NCBI GenBank assembly: GCA_964016885.1 | Contig: OZ024741.1 | Coordinates: 205,406,001 to 205,470,000, forward strand | DNA length: 64,000 nucleotides | DNA from: Eledone cirrhosa | Lineage: Eukaryota | Reading direction: 5' to 3' | Part shown: one piece after another, positions 61,720 through 64,000 of the stretch | Layout of the letters: each line of letters begins with the position of its first letter | How positions within the stretch are numbered: the first letter of the stretch is position 1 | Notes under the pieces: generated by a model | Databases searched by the model: none | What the model was told of the DNA's origin: nothing | Seen by the model: the letters and a program-made list of their open reading frames with translations, nothing else | Translations under genes and position numbers: made by a program

Positions 61720-64000
61720 TGTAGTGATCCCTAGCGGTGGAACCCAGAACTCATTAGAGTTACGTCCCTTTGGGACGGTAGTGACCCCTAGTGTCACCTA
61801 CATGAAGTAATCAGAGTTACGTCCCCCTTGGGACTATATATTGAGACCCCCAGAACATTCTTTCGCTCCTTCACTCTGATTAGCGATGTAGCAGCCCTGG
61901 AGAACGGGGCTGATTTCTCCCACGACAAGTGTGGAGACCAATATCTAACTACCCCAGTGAACATGTAAGAGCCTTCTCTCTCCAAGCACAAACTCCAGCA
62001 CAAACTTTGGTCTCAATCATTCAGCTACCTGAAACATCAACAAACTCTGTAACTCTGGTAATTTATATAATGTTCTCTTTTGACTTCCATGAAGTAAACC
62101 TATCTACAAACAAATTAAATCAACCTTTCATGTTATGTCTAAAACAGTAATAAAAAATATACATATAATAACCATTCATCTAAAGTTGTGACCCCGAAAA
62201 AAATAATAGGAAGTGGTATTATATGTATATAAAAAAAAAAAAAAAAATTAATACAAAACGACACGTTTTTATTTTCTGATATGGCTGCATTTATTAATAT
62301 CAACAACTTTCTCTGTAATATTTAACTATCAAACTTCTCATCTGTGCAAAACGAACCTTCCAATTATTTACACAACAAAAAAAAAAAAAATAATAATAAT
62401 GCTGCTAGCTTCCTAGCAAAAAAGAACAATTGCATAAATTTATTTTCTTTCTTTCCTTTTCTTTGCTAAATTTTTGAGGATGTCAAGATGGCGGCTTCCT
62501 TCTTCATGAAAAGTTTTTTTGGCGCGAAACTGTCCGCCATATTGGTTTTCGTTTTAGGTTCGACGCAAATGTATTATGAATGCTATTGCTCGGTTAGTCG
62601 CTCCTTTACATATTATCTCGGATGCATTCTTTTTCCTGTCCGGTTGTTTGACAGAGAAAAACAAGTGGAATTATTTTCTTTTTTTCCTTGGGTCCGAAAT
62701 ATTTTTTTATATGGAGACACATTTTGGCCACTTAGTGAGATTGTACCAATGGCATCTCATTCTGTTCTCCCTACTTACGCGGGCGACGTAAGGTTATGGT
62801 TCGCTCAAATGGAAGCATTTTTCGAGGCCAACAAAATTGATGAGGCACAGCAACGTCCACTCGTCCTTAGTGCAATTCCGCCGGCACTTATCCCAGCGAT
62901 TAAGGATCTCGTATTGGAGACACCTTCTGACACAACTTACAGGTTATTGAAGGCCGAAATACTCAGCCGGACTGCACAGTCCGCCGAGAAACGATTTAGA
63001 GCTCTGGTCAATTTGGAACATATCGGTGATGGCGCTCCATCGAACCTCTTACGGCGATTTTGAAGCAGTTGTTTTTCTCGCGTCTACCGACCAACGTCCA
63101 GGCAATTTTGGCTCCCATTCGGGATACATGCTCAGTCAACCAACTTGCCGCTTCAGCGGATAAGGTTTTTGAGGCAGCGAGGCCCTTTCCGCTGTTTCTC
63201 ACCCAGCTCAGGGCACACCTGGCCATGCCACCTGCGCGGCTACTCATATTGACAGCGCAGCTATAATGGCTATGCAGAAAGCCATTCTCGAACTCACCCT
63301 GGAGCTACAGAAGCTGAAGGCTTCTAGCGGTGCTCGTTTGCGCTCACGCAGCCGCGGTAGATCTTACTCTTTTAGACACCAGCTTAGTCATCAGCTTCAT
63401 CTTTATGCTGGTACCATGAGCGTTTTGCCGAGAACGCGAACCATTGTGTGCAACATTGTTCGTTTCTGAAGTCGGGAAACGCCAGAGAGGTTCTCTGACG
63501 GCGGCAGCTAACCACAGAAAAGCCACCAAACCGCCATTTCTTCATCAAGGACCTTATGTCTGGGAGAGGCTTCTTTGTGGATACAGGAGTCTCCAGTAGT
63601 ATTTGACCGGTCCATTGCCTAAAAGATACCCCTGTCGAATCATCAATTACTCTGCTGGCAGTTAACGACTCGCCTATAAAGACGTACGGACAAATCTCGC
63701 TTCCTCTCAAATTCCTAAAACTTCGTAGGGATTTTAAATGGATTTTTACGGTCACTGACTTGCCATACCCTATCTTAGGAGCGGATTTCCTCCACAATAT
63801 CTCTTTGACTGTGGACGTCCGTGGCCAACGTCTGGTGGATGACATCACCGGTTTTTCAATTCGTGGCCGAAAAGCCAATGTTCCAACGGTCAGCCCAATA
63901 TTCTTCATCGCTGCCGTTGGAGACGCCTACCATTCGTTATTAGGTTATTTCCCGGAGCTCACCGATGGATATTTTCGAGTTACTGAGCCAACTCACTCAA
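61720..64000 (+). mobile_element. Gypsy LTR retrotransposon 5' part (LTR ~61720-62182, PBS, gag, protease), disrupted; runs off the window
   Basis: TGTAGTGA start; PBS-like ttgtgaccccga at ~62185; gag VRLWFAQMEAFF, FSRLPTNVQAIL, CWYHERFAENANHCVQHCSF; protease FFVDTG...PILGADFL. Confidence 0.88.

Overview
AT-rich, repeat-saturated eukaryotic DNA, most likely a cephalopod (Octopus-like), judged from its tRNA-derived SINE families, RTE LINEs and long (TA)n tracts. Only one host gene is supportable: a ~2 kb coding exon of a DUF229 (alkaline phosphatase/sulfatase superfamily) type II membrane protein at 52339-54397 (-). The rest is mobile DNA: RTE/RTEX, CRE-like and HERO-like non-LTR elements, Gypsy LTR remnants, Helitron fragments, two kinds of Penelope-like element (PLE) and SINEs. 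The main result of the hunt is a dense set of type I hammerhead ribozyme (HHR) motifs found by manual folding: 17 with intact CUGANGA/GAAA cores plus 4 core-mutated ones, from about 9-10 unrelated families, 12 of them within 26.2-36.05 kb. They include a 628-bp x3.5 tandem array with one well-formed HHR per unit and two ~450-470-bp octamer-bearing HHR families. These look like non-coding retrozyme or PLE pseudo-LTR elements that target (TA)n and often insert as fold-backs. Ribozyme activity, expression and novelty are untested. Most ORFs in the supplied track are microsatellite artefacts. Boundaries were read by eye and are approximate.
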